The translations under genes were made by a program, and so were the position numbers. Below are positions 46,648 to 57,631 of a DNA stretch of 64,000 bases, piece after piece. Under the pieces are notes generated by a model. The model was not told the origin of the DNA. It saw only the letters and a list, made by a program, of their open reading frames with translations, and did not search any database. Source of the stretch: a virus; IMG/VR virus record IMGVR_UViG_3300042879_004946, positions 1 to 64,000 of that record. The stretch is one strand, 5' to 3'. The stretch's first letter is position 1, and every line of letters begins with the position of its first letter.

Positions 46648-48233
46648 TGGTAAGTGTTGTTTACTCAACTAGGAAACCCAATAAAGAGTTTCAAGAGTAC
46701 ATTAAAAAAACCATTGGTTTAAAAGATTTTGAAATCTATGAAATTGTTAACAATGGTCAAAAATCTTTAACCCAATGTTATAATGAAGGGTTAGATAATA
46801 CCAAAAATAACATTGTTGTTTTTTGTCACGATGATATTCTTTTAAAAGAAGGTTGGGGTAAAAAAATTATAAAACATTTTCAAAATACTGATTATGGTAT
46901 TTTGGGGATGGCAGGAACTACCGACATGGCAGAAACAGGTCGTTGGTGGGAAGATCAATCAAAAATGGTTGGCATTGTTTCTCATTCTCACCAAGGAAAA
47001 ACCTGGGAAAATAGGTATTCTGAAAATTTTGGTGATGATATTATTGAAACAGTGATTCTTGATGGTTTATTTTTTGTTGCCCATAAAGACAGAATTAAAA
47101 AAAGATTTGATGAATCATTTAAAGGTTTTCATCTTTATGATGTTGATTTTACGTTTAATAACCATTTAAATGGTGTTAAAGTTGGGGTTATGTTTGATAT
47201 TAAGATAACCCATAAATCAATTGGGATGACCAACGAAGAGTGGGAAAAAAACCGTGAACAGTTTGTCCAAAAATATAAGGGTAAACTTCCCTATAAAATT
47301 AAACCTGAATTAAGGTATGAAACTAAATTTAAAGCTTTAAAAGAATACCCTAAGTTATCCATTATAATCCCAACCAAAGGTAACATAGATTTAGTTAAAC
47401 AATGTGTTGACTCACTTTATAAACAAGGTGGATATATTGGTATGGCAATGAGAACTATTATTGCTGACACTGGCTCAACACCTGAAGAATTAGCTGAGTT
47501 AAAAGATTATGTAGATGGGTTACAGTTTAAGTCGGATCAACATTACTGGGTTAAAATAGTTGAATACGACTTTTATAATTTTGCAGTTATTAACAATGAT
47601 GTGGTAGAAAACCATATTGAAAAAGATACAGAAGTTTTATTGTTCTGCAATAATGATATCAAAGTCGTTAACAATGCCATCAACTTAATGGTGGGTACTT
47701 ATCTTAAAAACAAAAAAACAGTTGGTACTATTGGTGCTCGTTTACATTTTGGTGACAATACGGTACAACATTCAGGTATTAGAGTTTTTTTAAATCAAGA
47801 ACCAAATGGTATGTATCGAATAATGTTAACACACAAAGGTTTAAAAAGTTATTATTCTTTCTATGGTGACAATAGAAAAATATTTGGTAATACTGGTGCG
47901 TTTTTAATGATTAACAAAGAATTATTTTTAAAAATTGGCGGCTTTAATACGAACTATAGAGAATGTTTTGAAGATGTCGAATTAAATATTCAATGTTTAA
48001 ACCATAATAAAGAAAATATTTTTTGTGGTGATGCAGTTTGTTATCACTATGAAAGTCAAACCAGAAACAAAGATGAAAAAAAGGCCAGAAGAGAATATGA
48101 AGATTATTCAAGACTATTAATCCCTTTTGTTGTTAATAATAAAAAAACTTATCATTATTTTGATAATATTGATGCCAAAAATTTAGATCACATTATTAAA
48201 ATATCAGATGAGTTAAAACAATTTTTAAGATAG
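46647..48233 (+). CDS. Two-domain GT-A (GT2-like) glycosyltransferase
   Basis: FCHDDI and FHLYDVD in domain 1; SIIIPTK, FCNNDI, TGAFLMI, GGF, EDVEL in domain 2. Confidence 0.85.
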   Translation: MVSVVYSTRKPNKEFQEYIKKTIGLKDFEIYEIVNNGQKSLTQCYNEGLDNTKNNIVVFCHDDILLKEGWGKKIIKHFQNTDYGILGMAGTTDMAETGRWWEDQSKMVGIVSHSHQGKTWENRYSENFGDDIIETVILDGLFFVAHKDRIKKRFDESFKGFHLYDVDFTFNNHLNGVKVGVMFDIKITHKSIGMTNEEWEKNREQFVQKYKGKLPYKIKPELRYETKFKALKEYPKLSIIIPTKGNIDLVKQCVDSLYKQGGYIGMAMRTIIADTGSTPEELAELKDYVDGLQFKSDQHYWVKIVEYDFYNFAVINNDVVENHIEKDTEVLLFCNNDIKVVNNAINLMVGTYLKNKKTVGTIGARLHFGDNTVQHSGIRVFLNQEPNGMYRIMLTHKGLKSYYSFYGDNRKIFGNTGAFLMINKELFLKIGGFNTNYRECFEDVELNIQCLNHNKENIFCGDAVCYHYESQTRNKDEKKARREYEDYSRLLIPFVVNNKKTYHYFDNIDAKNLDHIIKISDELKQFLR

Positions 48234-48273
48234 AATAAATTTACATTTTTAAAAAAAAAATTAATTTTAAATT

Positions 48274-48675
48274 ATGGGACACCTTATACAAAACTTTAAA
48301 ACAAAAAAAATAGAAGATATTATTGAGAACTGGGAACACACAGGTCTAATATCTAATGAAATGGTAAAAAATAAACAAAATGTTGCACTTTCTTATGAGT
48401 TAACCGCGTTGTATCTTTTATCAAAAAGTGATTTTGATAGTGACAAAAACGACCTATCAACATTAATTTTCCCTGTTATGTGTAGGATTTTTAGTAAATA
48501 CGAGGAAAATTTAACAACTGATACCATTTTTGAAGAGGTTGTTAAAATAATAAAAGAATTCCAAACAAAATTAGAATCTACCGACAAAACTGAATGGTTA
48601 AAACCTTTTGTGGATACTGATTATGAGGCAGAATTTATTGTCGATTTCTGTGCTAATTATAGTATAAAAAAATAA
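48274..48675 (+). CDS. Hypothetical protein resembling the N-terminal part of T4-like major capsid proteins
   Basis: WEHTGLI....NVA..YE..A.YLL....FPVMCRIF pattern. Confidence 0.4.
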   Translation: MGHLIQNFKTKKIEDIIENWEHTGLISNEMVKNKQNVALSYELTALYLLSKSDFDSDKNDLSTLIFPVMCRIFSKYEENLTTDTIFEEVVKIIKEFQTKLESTDKTEWLKPFVDTDYEAEFIVDFCANYSIKK

Positions 48676-48680
48676 AATAT

Positions 48681-49454
48681 ATGAAATTAGGGGTATCTTA
48701 CAACTTATGGGATGGTGAAGAGTTATTAGAAGGTTCTATTAAACAAATAAGGCAACATGTGGATTACATAAGTGTTGTTTATCAAACAATATCAAATTTT
48801 GGTAACCCGTGTAACCCTGAATTGGTTCCACTTTTAGAAAGATTAAAATCAGAGGGTTTAGTAGATGAATTATTTGAATATTCACCTAAAATCAATAAAG
48901 GTGGACATTTCAATGAAATTCAAAAAAGAAATATTGGGTTATCCTTATCTCAAGGTGCCGGATGTACACATCATATGTCTATGGATTCTGACGAATATTA
49001 TATCACGTCAGAATTTGAGAATCTTAAAAAAATAGTAGAAGATGGTGATTACGATTCCTCTTATTGTCAAATGCAAACTTACTACAAATCTTGGGAATAC
49101 GCTTTAGACCCTCCAGAAACCTATTACGTCTCATTAATATTTAAAATCAAAAATGAATCTAATTATGTTATCGGAGCTCCGGTACCAGTTTTGGTTGACC
49201 CAACAAGAAGAATGTCACCCAGTGATAAACCATTGGTTTTAAAACGTGAACAAATACAAATGCATCATGGTTCTTATATTAGAAATGATATAAGAATTAA
49301 ACTAACCAATAGTTCAGCTTCTGTTAATTTTAATAAAGATATTAATAGAATTGTTAGTCATTATGCTAATTGGAGATACCCCCAAAAAGTATTATGGGGT
49401 GGATTACCAAGTACATTACATAAAGTTAAAAAAGTTGAGGGTTTATTTGTATGA
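48681..49454 (+). CDS. Putative GT-A glycosyltransferase
   Basis: E..KRN.GL, HMSMDSDEYY (DxD), MHH.SY.R. Confidence 0.65.
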   Translation: MKLGVSYNLWDGEELLEGSIKQIRQHVDYISVVYQTISNFGNPCNPELVPLLERLKSEGLVDELFEYSPKINKGGHFNEIQKRNIGLSLSQGAGCTHHMSMDSDEYYITSEFENLKKIVEDGDYDSSYCQMQTYYKSWEYALDPPETYYVSLIFKIKNESNYVIGAPVPVLVDPTRRMSPSDKPLVLKREQIQMHHGSYIRNDIRIKLTNSSASVNFNKDINRIVSHYANWRYPQKVLWGGLPSTLHKVKKVEGLFV

Positions 49455-50089
49455 AATTAAATGATTTTTTTGATGGTATATACTGTATTAACCTTGATGA
49501 ACGAACAGATAGATGGGGGCAAGCCCAAAAAGAATTCAGGAAATTAGGCATTACCGATGTTAATAGATTTTCAGCAATAAAACACGAAAAAGGGGCTATC
49601 GGTTGTAGAGAAAGTCATTTAGGTGTTATTACTGAGGCTAAGAAACTAGGTCTTAAAAATGTCCTTATCTTTGAAGATGACTTATTGGTGATTGGTGAAG
49701 ACGTAAAGAAGTTAGAAGAGACATTAAACGACATCGAAGAACTTGATTGGGATTTATTTTATTTGGGTGCTACTGTGGACCCTAACGTTAGTAGGTTACA
49801 GTATGTGACCCCTAATGTCGTTAAAACAAATTTCGCTTATACTACCCACGCGTACGCTATTAATAGTACAGCTTTCGATACAATTTTAGAACAAGCCCCA
49901 TACCATGGGATAATAGACGTTTTCTATTGTCGACACATAATACCAAGAGGTAAGTCATATATAATAAACCCAATGATGTGTATTCAACAAGAGAGTTGGA
50001 GTGATATAGAAAAACACCACGCTGACTATTGGTGGATGGTCGACTTTTTTAATCAAATTAAATTAAAAAGCGGTATTAATGATAACTAG
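49451..50089 (+). CDS. GT25-family glycosyltransferase
   Basis: YCINLDERTDRW, GCRESH, LIFEDD, WDLFYLG, TTHAYAIN. Confidence 0.85.
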   Translation: MKLNDFFDGIYCINLDERTDRWGQAQKEFRKLGITDVNRFSAIKHEKGAIGCRESHLGVITEAKKLGLKNVLIFEDDLLVIGEDVKKLEETLNDIEELDWDLFYLGATVDPNVSRLQYVTPNVVKTNFAYTTHAYAINSTAFDTILEQAPYHGIIDVFYCRHIIPRGKSYIINPMMCIQQESWSDIEKHHADYWWMVDFFNQIKLKSGINDN

Positions 50090-50894
50090 TTATTTACAGG
50101 GTGGATTAGGTAATCAAATGTTTCAAATAGCTGCTGCCTATGCTCACGCTAAAAAAAATTATGATACAGCAGTATTCGATTTAAATAATTCATATACACC
50201 ACACCAAGGTCAAAATATTTCCAAGTATAAAACTAATATATTTAATGGTTTTAATCATATGGATAATGTTTATGATTTATGTAATAACACATTTACACAA
50301 CCAAGTCATTCATATTGTGATATTCCGTATTTTAATAACCAACAATTACAAGGATACTTTCAATCTGAAAAATTTTTTATAAATAATAAAACTGAGTTGA
50401 TAAATTTGTTTATCGAAGGATTAAAATCACATAAATCTTGGTTCGAAGTTGAAAAGGATTTTAAAGACATTAGACTGTTATTACGTGGGGAAATACCCAT
50501 AGTATCGATACATATTAGACGAGGTGATTACCTTAAATTTTTAGGGATACATGACCCCTGTCCTATTGAATACTATCAAGAGTCTATCAAATTAATGAAG
50601 GATAAAATAGGTAATTTCCAACCTTATTTCATATCAGATGATATAGAGTGGTGCAAAACAGCTTTCAATGGTATTGGTATGTATTCTAATAAAAAAGACG
50701 AATTAGAAGACATGATTATAATGTTAAATTGTGATCATAATATAATCGCTAACAGTAGTTTTAGTTGGTGGGGGGCTTATTTAAATAATAATAATAATAA
50801 AATTGTCATTGGACCTGAAAAATGGTTTGGACATTACGGGCCAAAAGACCAAGATGATATAATACCAATTAATTGGATTAAAATATGGAAATAA
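50079..50894 (+). CDS. GT11 alpha-1,2-fucosyltransferase-like
   Basis: GGLGNQMFQ, GYFQSEKFF, HIRRGDY, SDDIEWC, NSSFSWWGAYL. Confidence 0.9.
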   Translation: MITSYLQGGLGNQMFQIAAAYAHAKKNYDTAVFDLNNSYTPHQGQNISKYKTNIFNGFNHMDNVYDLCNNTFTQPSHSYCDIPYFNNQQLQGYFQSEKFFINNKTELINLFIEGLKSHKSWFEVEKDFKDIRLLLRGEIPIVSIHIRRGDYLKFLGIHDPCPIEYYQESIKLMKDKIGNFQPYFISDDIEWCKTAFNGIGMYSNKKDELEDMIIMLNCDHNIIANSSFSWWGAYLNNNNNKIVIGPEKWFGHYGPKDQDDIIPINWIKIWK

Positions 50895-51700
50895 AATGTG
50901 ATCTTCACGGAAGTCACTTAATACCAAGAGATGAAAATGATGAAATTTGGGATTGGTATTATAGTAAAAAAGTTAGTGTATCTTTCGATGTTCTTAATTT
51001 TACGCATGACGCTGACGTAAAAGTGTGGATTCAAATTGAATCACCTAGTGTTATTGATAACACAGCCGGTATAATCGGTCAAAAAAATAATTTTGACCTA
51101 ATATTAACATTTAGTGATGAGGTGTTAAATAATTGTAACCAGTCTAAAAAATTCATCTTTGGTGGTTGTATGTTAGACTTAAAAACACTATCATTAAATA
51201 AGAAAGATGAGATATCATATATTATGTCCAGTAAAAATTTCGCACCAGGTCATAGGTTTAGACACGAAATATGGGATAAATATAGTGATTTAAAAGATAT
51301 AAATGGATTAACCACTAGATTTGTAAAAACAGGTCCATTTTGGTTACCGAATAAAAACGAATTATTTGAGAATGCTAAATTTCATATAGTGGTAGAAAAT
51401 TTAATAACTAACAGTTATATTACCGAAAAAATTGTTGATTGTTTTTTAAGTAAGACTGTACCCATATATTGGGGGTGTTCAAATATAGGTGAATTTTTTA
51501 ACACAGATGGGATATTACAGTTTAATAATTTACATGAATTAGATGAACAACTAAATAAAGTTAATAGTGGTTTATATGAACAATTAACTGATGTTATAGA
51601 AGAAAATTATCAGACAGCTCAAAAATATAAAAACCTATATGTTAGAATTGATGATACTATTAAGGATTTCATTTTGACTAAATACGGAAATAATAATTAA
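50885..51700 (+). CDS. GT10 alpha-1,3-fucosyltransferase-like
   Basis: KFHIVVEN....YITEKIVDCF...TVPIYWG. Confidence 0.85.
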   Translation: MEIKCDLHGSHLIPRDENDEIWDWYYSKKVSVSFDVLNFTHDADVKVWIQIESPSVIDNTAGIIGQKNNFDLILTFSDEVLNNCNQSKKFIFGGCMLDLKTLSLNKKDEISYIMSSKNFAPGHRFRHEIWDKYSDLKDINGLTTRFVKTGPFWLPNKNELFENAKFHIVVENLITNSYITEKIVDCFLSKTVPIYWGCSNIGEFFNTDGILQFNNLHELDEQLNKVNSGLYEQLTDVIEENYQTAQKYKNLYVRIDDTIKDFILTKYGNNN

Positions 51701-51713
51701 AAATAAATAAAAT

Positions 51714-53048
51714 ATGTTAGAAAACACAGAATCAAATAATACACAAGAAAGAGGATTAACTGAGATATTAAGTGAACTTAATGATTATATAAGAGATAAT
51801 AAACCAGATTATCTCTATAATCAAAAATTTGAACCCGGCAAAAGTCAGGTTCTATATTCAGGACCTTATTGGGATGAAGAGGAGATTATGGCCGCCATTA
51901 AAACTTTTGTTAAAGGTAAATGGGTGGTAGCTGGTGAAAATGTTTTCATGTTTGAAAGAAAATTCGCTAAAATCTTTGGGGCTAAATACGCACAAATGGT
52001 GAATTCAGGTAGTTCAGCTAATCTTGTGTTAATTGCTGGATTGAAAAAATATTTTGGATGGGAGGATGATGATGAAGTTATCGTCTCCCCAGTTGGGTTC
52101 CCAACAACAATATCGACTATCGTACAAAATGGGTTAAAACCTGTGTTTATCGATATTGAATATGAAACACTAAATTTTGATATAACTAAAATTGAAGAGA
52201 AAATAACTAATAGAACTAAAGCTATTTTTGTTTCACCAGTATTAGGTAATGTACCAGATATGGATTTTTTAAAAGAGTTATGTGAAAGACGTGGACTTCA
52301 ATTAGTTGGTGATAGTTGTGATAGTCTAGGTTCTAAATGGGATGGTAAACATCTTAGTGAATATTATGTCGCTTGGTCTTCATCATTCTATCCAGCGCAT
52401 CACATCTCAACAGGTGAAGGTGGGATTATTTGTACTAATATAGAAGAATTAAAAAAGAACTTTACAAGTTTTGCTTGGTGGGGTAGAGATTGTTATTGTG
52501 TTGGTTCAGCTAATTTACTTTCATGTGGTACATGTGGTAAAAGATTTGATAATTGGTTGGACTCTTATAATGGTATTATTGACCATAAATACGTTTTCAC
52601 CAACATGGGGTATAACCTTAAACCAATGGATTTACAAGGTTCAATTGGTTTGGTTCAGTTAAAAAGATTCGAAGAGATTGATACTAAACGAAAAATTTCT
52701 AAAAATAGAATGGAAAGTATCCTTTTAAAAAATGTAAAAGGTTTATCTGGTGTTAAAATGTTAGAGAAAGCTGATACGTGTTGGTTTGGTACACCTTTTA
52801 TTTGTGAGAAAAAAGAATTAAAAAATAAATTAGTTTCCTTTTTAGAAGTTAATAAAATACAAACTAGAAATTATTTCGCTGGTAATATATTAATGCATCC
52901 AGGATATAAACACCTAGATGATTTAACTAAATACCCTAATGCTAATGAAGTATTAGATAAGGTATTTTTCTTGGGTGCCGCACCACATTATGATGAACAA
53001 GTTTTTAATTACATAGAGGAAATTTTTGCTGAAAAATGGATAAATTAA
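51714..53048 (+). CDS. RfbH/DdhC-like NDP-4-keto-6-deoxyhexose 3-dehydratase (DegT/DnrJ fold)
   Basis: VNSGSSANL, SFYPAHHISTGEGG (His where aminotransferases have Lys), Cys cluster GRDCYC..CGTC, GYNLKP. Confidence 0.85.
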   Translation: MLENTESNNTQERGLTEILSELNDYIRDNKPDYLYNQKFEPGKSQVLYSGPYWDEEEIMAAIKTFVKGKWVVAGENVFMFERKFAKIFGAKYAQMVNSGSSANLVLIAGLKKYFGWEDDDEVIVSPVGFPTTISTIVQNGLKPVFIDIEYETLNFDITKIEEKITNRTKAIFVSPVLGNVPDMDFLKELCERRGLQLVGDSCDSLGSKWDGKHLSEYYVAWSSSFYPAHHISTGEGGIICTNIEELKKNFTSFAWWGRDCYCVGSANLLSCGTCGKRFDNWLDSYNGIIDHKYVFTNMGYNLKPMDLQGSIGLVQLKRFEEIDTKRKISKNRMESILLKNVKGLSGVKMLEKADTCWFGTPFICEKKELKNKLVSFLEVNKIQTRNYFAGNILMHPGYKHLDDLTKYPNANEVLDKVFFLGAAPHYDEQVFNYIEEIFAEKWIN

Positions 53049-53737
53049 AAGTACTTGTATTGGGTGATGGATTACTTGGAAGTGAAATAGTAAAACAAAC
53101 TGGATGGGATTATATCTCAAGAAAAAACAATAATTTTGATATCAATAATTTAAGAATTTCTATACCTAAAGACGAATATCAAAATCCAATTCACAATGTT
53201 ATTATTAATTGCGTTGCAAATACAGATACTTACTCAAATGATAAAGATTCACATTGGAATGTAAATTATAAAATGGTTGATGAATTGATTATTTTCTGTA
53301 ATGATTATAATATAAAATTAGTTCACATATCAACAGATTATTTATATGCTGGGTCAATTAATGAAGCTAGTGAAAATGACGTACCAGTTCATTGTAATAC
53401 TTGGTACGGTTATACTAAATTATTAGCTGATGGTTTGGTACAACTAAAAACAAAGAATTATTTAATTTGTAGGTGTACACATAAACCTAATCCTTTTCCA
53501 TACGATAATGGTTGGATTGACCAAATAGGAAACTTTGATTATGTGGATAATATAACATCATTGATAATACTAATGATAAATAAAGATTTATCCGGTGTTT
53601 ATAATGTTGGAAATGGAGTTAAGACAATGTATGAACTAGCATCTGAAACAAATGACAATGTTAGAGTTTCTTTTGCACCACCACATGTACCTAAAAATTT
53701 ATCAATGAATACTAAAAAACTATGGAGTCAAATTTAA
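53036..53737 (+). CDS. RmlD-like NDP-sugar reductase (SDR)
   Basis: LGDGLLG, HISTDY, YGYTK. Confidence 0.8.
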   Translation: MDKLKVLVLGDGLLGSEIVKQTGWDYISRKNNNFDINNLRISIPKDEYQNPIHNVIINCVANTDTYSNDKDSHWNVNYKMVDELIIFCNDYNIKLVHISTDYLYAGSINEASENDVPVHCNTWYGYTKLLADGLVQLKTKNYLICRCTHKPNPFPYDNGWIDQIGNFDYVDNITSLIILMINKDLSGVYNVGNGVKTMYELASETNDNVRVSFAPPHVPKNLSMNTKKLWSQI

Positions 53738-54423
53738 ACCAACCATTTTTTTCTATAGCCATCCCAACTTATGGGTATAATGGGAAAGGTGTTGAATTTT
53801 TAGAACATAATTTAAATATTTTGTTTAAACAAAAATTTACTGATTTTGAAATTGTAATATCAGACCATAGTGTTGACGATACCATTTTTGAAGTAACTAA
53901 AAAGCATCCAACTATAAAATACGTTAAATGTGAACATGGTCGTGGTATTATTTCACCCAATTTAAATAATGCAATGAAACACTGCCAAGGTAAGTGGATT
54001 AAAGTTTTGTTTCAAGATGATTTTTTATATGATGAAAATTCTCTTCAAAAACAATATGAAATACTTAATGAAAACCCAGATATAAAATGGTTGGTAACAT
54101 CGTTTCAACACAGTAATGATGGTAGTACTTTTTATAGATTATATAACCCAACTTATAGTGATAATATATGGACTGGAAATAATACACTTGGTAATCCGAG
54201 TAACCTAACATTAAAAAATGAAGATTTACTTTTTTTTGATGAAGAGTTAAATTGGTTAGTAGATTGTGAATACTATTACAGAATGTATTTAAAACACGGA
54301 AAACCAACAATAATTAATGAGGTGACAGTTGTTAATAGAACTCATGGTGGTGGCTTAACCGATACGACCCCAAGTAGTATTAAAAATCACGAATTAAAAA
54401 AAATAATTGAAAAATATGTTTAA
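53722..54423 (+). CDS. GT2 glycosyltransferase
   Basis: FSIAIPTY, EIVISD, LFQDD, DCEYYYR. Confidence 0.85.
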   Translation: MESNLNQPFFSIAIPTYGYNGKGVEFLEHNLNILFKQKFTDFEIVISDHSVDDTIFEVTKKHPTIKYVKCEHGRGIISPNLNNAMKHCQGKWIKVLFQDDFLYDENSLQKQYEILNENPDIKWLVTSFQHSNDGSTFYRLYNPTYSDNIWTGNNTLGNPSNLTLKNEDLLFFDEELNWLVDCEYYYRMYLKHGKPTIINEVTVVNRTHGGGLTDTTPSSIKNHELKKIIEKYV

Positions 54424-55075
54424 ATTACATAACGTAACACTTATTGCACTTACTTCAGTAAAAATAGATAAAACAATTAAAGCTTTATCACACAGTTGTA
54501 AGGATATAGAATTTGGTGCTGTTAAATTAGTGTCAGATATTAAACCAGATAATATAACCTATCCAATTTATCATGAATATTGTCCTAAGATGAGTAATAT
54601 TGATGAATGGAATTACGCCGCTATTTATGAACTACCAAAACATGTCGAAACAGAATTTTGTATCTTGATACATGATGATGGTTTTATCGTTAATGCTGAT
54701 TCATGGAGAACTGAATTTTTAGAATACGATTATATTGGGGCTCCTTGGCCTTTACCTAATGACGATTTTTCTTATAGAGATATAAACGGTGAACTTATTA
54801 GGGTTGGAAATAGTGTATCACTTAGAAGTAAGAAATTACTTGATTTAGCAATTGATTTACCATTAGAATGGAAACCATTTCACGGATATTATAATGAAGA
54901 TGGGTTTATTTGTGTTAATAATAGACATATTTATAAACAACACGGGTGTAAGTTTGCAGATATAGATGTTGCTAAATATTTTTCACACGAAACAATGATA
55001 CCAGAAATTGAAGATATCAAACCTTTTGCTTTTCATAGATATGCTGGGACTAATAATAAGTACATAAAATTTTAA
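54407..55075 (+). CDS. DUF5672-like putative glycosyltransferase
   Basis: LIHDDGF, FLEYDYIGAPW, VGN..SLRSKK, NEDGFIC, AKYFSHE, FAFH. Confidence 0.7.
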   Translation: MKNMFKLHNVTLIALTSVKIDKTIKALSHSCKDIEFGAVKLVSDIKPDNITYPIYHEYCPKMSNIDEWNYAAIYELPKHVETEFCILIHDDGFIVNADSWRTEFLEYDYIGAPWPLPNDDFSYRDINGELIRVGNSVSLRSKKLLDLAIDLPLEWKPFHGYYNEDGFICVNNRHIYKQHGCKFADIDVAKYFSHETMIPEIEDIKPFAFHRYAGTNNKYIKF

Positions 55076-55094
55076 ATTACCTTTAAATATAGAT

Positions 55095-55754
55095 ATGAAA
55101 AAAAAGATGATAATAAGTAGGTATAATGAAGATATTTCTTGGGTTAAAGAATATGAGAAAGATTTTGATTATATCATATATAATAAAGGTAAAAAGTTAG
55201 AAACAGGATATAAATCATTGGACGTAGATAATATAGGTAATAATCAAAGAGATATTTTCCATTTTATATATGAGAACTATAGTGACCTACCAGATATAAT
55301 GATATTTGTACAAGGTCACCCATTTGACCACTGTAAAAAAGATTCGTTTGATAAATTGGTCTATAATGAAACGTTGACATCTTTAGAGGATTTAAGACAC
55401 CTTCAAAATATGATGGATGAAAATGGTGGATACCAAGAAGGTAATGATTCTTGGTATGTAAATGCTCATAACAATACATGGAATCAAACTTGTAAGTGGA
55501 ATACTCTTGATGAGTTTATGGATAAAACATTTACTAATTATAAAAAATTGGATAAGATTAGATTTACGCCAGGCTCACAGTATATAATAACCAAAGACAT
55601 AGCTAAACACTACTCTAAAAACTTTTGGTTATACATGATGGATATTTTACATAAAAATAATATGACAGAAGGTCACATTATAGAACGATCTCTATTGGAG
55701 ATATTAAAATGTTATTTAGAACCGATAAATGAATTAAAAGATGATAACACTTAG
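55095..55754 (+). CDS. DUF3431-like putative glycosyltransferase
   Basis: ISRYNEDISW, IYNKG, FVQGHPFDH, GHIIER. Confidence 0.7.
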   Translation: MKKKMIISRYNEDISWVKEYEKDFDYIIYNKGKKLETGYKSLDVDNIGNNQRDIFHFIYENYSDLPDIMIFVQGHPFDHCKKDSFDKLVYNETLTSLEDLRHLQNMMDENGGYQEGNDSWYVNAHNNTWNQTCKWNTLDEFMDKTFTNYKKLDKIRFTPGSQYIITKDIAKHYSKNFWLYMMDILHKNNMTEGHIIERSLLEILKCYLEPINELKDDNT

Positions 55755-56502
55755 TTCTATTATTTACGAAGGAAATTTTGATACATTTTTATCAGATGAT
55801 TGTTGGTTTATGAAATTCAAATCACCATTAATTACTAATAAAATTATTGTGGTTAATAACCTAACGTCTAAAGAGCTTTTTTTAGCTAAGGTAAACGATT
55901 TACTAACCAGACATGATTTCGAAGTAATTTATGTTAATGAAATTAAAGATATTGTAATTAACAAATACAAACTTGGGATTAACGAATCAACACATGGGTA
56001 TTATTATACAATACCTTATTTTTGTTTATTTGAAAAAGTAAAAACAAAATATGTTTTTAATGTTGCTAGTGACTGTATGTCTGATATTAAAATTAGTGAA
56101 ACATTTCTAAATTTATCTGTTAATGAACTAGAAACAAATAACCGTTGTTCAACAACTATGGTGGCTTGGGTAAAAAATAACCGTATCATGTCAAATAATC
56201 TTACTGTTGGGCAATCCGAAAATATAGAAACATTTAAACAACTATGTCTTAACTATATTGAGTCTGAAAACTTCAACTATACCTTTGGCTTTACTGACCA
56301 ATTTTTTATTGGGGATGTTGAAAGATTAAGGAATACGGATTTTAACATCCCAACACATATCTCTGAACAGATATATCATGGACCTGATTATGGGGGTAAT
56401 TGTTTTGAAAAAAGAATGGTAGGGCAACAAATACAAAATAATATTTTTAATTGTATATATAAAGGTAGTGATTATTATATACATTCAGGAAATCTACATT
56501 AA
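55741..56502 (+). CDS. Hypothetical protein in the glycosylation cluster
   Basis: 253-aa ORF coupled to its neighbours; FTDQFF motif. Confidence 0.7.
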   Translation: MITLSSIIYEGNFDTFLSDDCWFMKFKSPLITNKIIVVNNLTSKELFLAKVNDLLTRHDFEVIYVNEIKDIVINKYKLGINESTHGYYYTIPYFCLFEKVKTKYVFNVASDCMSDIKISETFLNLSVNELETNNRCSTTMVAWVKNNRIMSNNLTVGQSENIETFKQLCLNYIESENFNYTFGFTDQFFIGDVERLRNTDFNIPTHISEQIYHGPDYGGNCFEKRMVGQQIQNNIFNCIYKGSDYYIHSGNLH

Positions 56503-56519
56503 ATTTAAATAATTAAACT

Positions 56520-57620
56520 ATGGGATTAGAAGAGTCAAAAAGAATTAACGAAGAAGGTATAGTTGAAGGTAAAACCTACACCAGTAATGTTAGTAAACTA
56601 CTAAAACACTTACCTAAAATAAAGAGATTACAAGATGGTATGAGACCATCACCAGTGATGTTTCATATGTCACCAGCTAATCCATGTAATATGACATGTA
56701 GTTTTTGTTGTTTTGCTAATAGAACACTTAAAGAAATGTTAACATATGAACAGATGACAAAAGCTATCGATTCATTCGTTGAATTAGGGGCTACAGGTAT
56801 GGAGTTAACTGGTGGTGGAGAACCAACATTACATCCCGATTTTGGTAAAGTAGTTAATTACGCTTATGAAAAGGGTTTAAAAATTGGTGTTGTAACAAAT
56901 GGGACTATGATAACTAAGTGGCATAAAGTTGGTGGTGTATGGGATAAACTTGAATGGATACGATTGGGTATGTATGGGTTCTATGAAGGGTATACTTACG
57001 ATATTGAAGCTTTAAGAACCTACCCTAATTTAACAATTGGTGCCGCCTATATTTGGGATGAAAATTTTGAACATTCTGATAACCCAAATGTTACTGGTAA
57101 ATGGGAAACAAAAGAAGGTGATAAAAAAGGTAAAAAATTAGCTAAAAATAGACAAACACCAGAACATTTCGAAAGAATGTTAGAGTGGGTTGAGAAGGAA
57201 AAAATACCAACAAGAATCGCTTTCAATTCAATCAAAGTATCTGATATAATTAAAGAGGATATAAGTTTAATCAAAGATAGAATCAAAGATAGAAACTTAA
57301 AGTATGCTTTCTTATCTGATTTCAATTGGAAAGGTGAGAGAAGAGATAGTAAATGTTATATGCACAACTTCAAACCGTTTGTTTTTACCGATGGTAATGT
57401 TTATGTATGTCCATGTGCTGAAATGTCGGTAGAAAATGCATATAGAGTTAATTCGGAGTTTAAAATTTGTGATATTGATGGTATATTAGACTTTTATAAC
57501 AGTGTACAAGCTAATAATGGTGTTGAAAGGACACATGCTTGTACCTATTGTAAATATGCAGCACAAAATGAATTAATTGGTGATGCTATGACAGAAACAC
57601 AACATAATGATTTCGCTTAA
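56520..57620 (+). CDS. Radical SAM protein with C-terminal SPASM/twitch-like Cys cluster
   Basis: CNMTCSFC, TGGGEPTLHP, VTNGT, DGNVYVCPC, CTYC. Confidence 0.9.
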   Translation: MGLEESKRINEEGIVEGKTYTSNVSKLLKHLPKIKRLQDGMRPSPVMFHMSPANPCNMTCSFCCFANRTLKEMLTYEQMTKAIDSFVELGATGMELTGGGEPTLHPDFGKVVNYAYEKGLKIGVVTNGTMITKWHKVGGVWDKLEWIRLGMYGFYEGYTYDIEALRTYPNLTIGAAYIWDENFEHSDNPNVTGKWETKEGDKKGKKLAKNRQTPEHFERMLEWVEKEKIPTRIAFNSIKVSDIIKEDISLIKDRIKDRNLKYAFLSDFNWKGERRDSKCYMHNFKPFVFTDGNVYVCPCAEMSVENAYRVNSEFKICDIDGILDFYNSVQANNGVERTHACTYCKYAAQNELIGDAMTETQHNDFA

Positions 57621-57631
57621 AAACACAAGAA

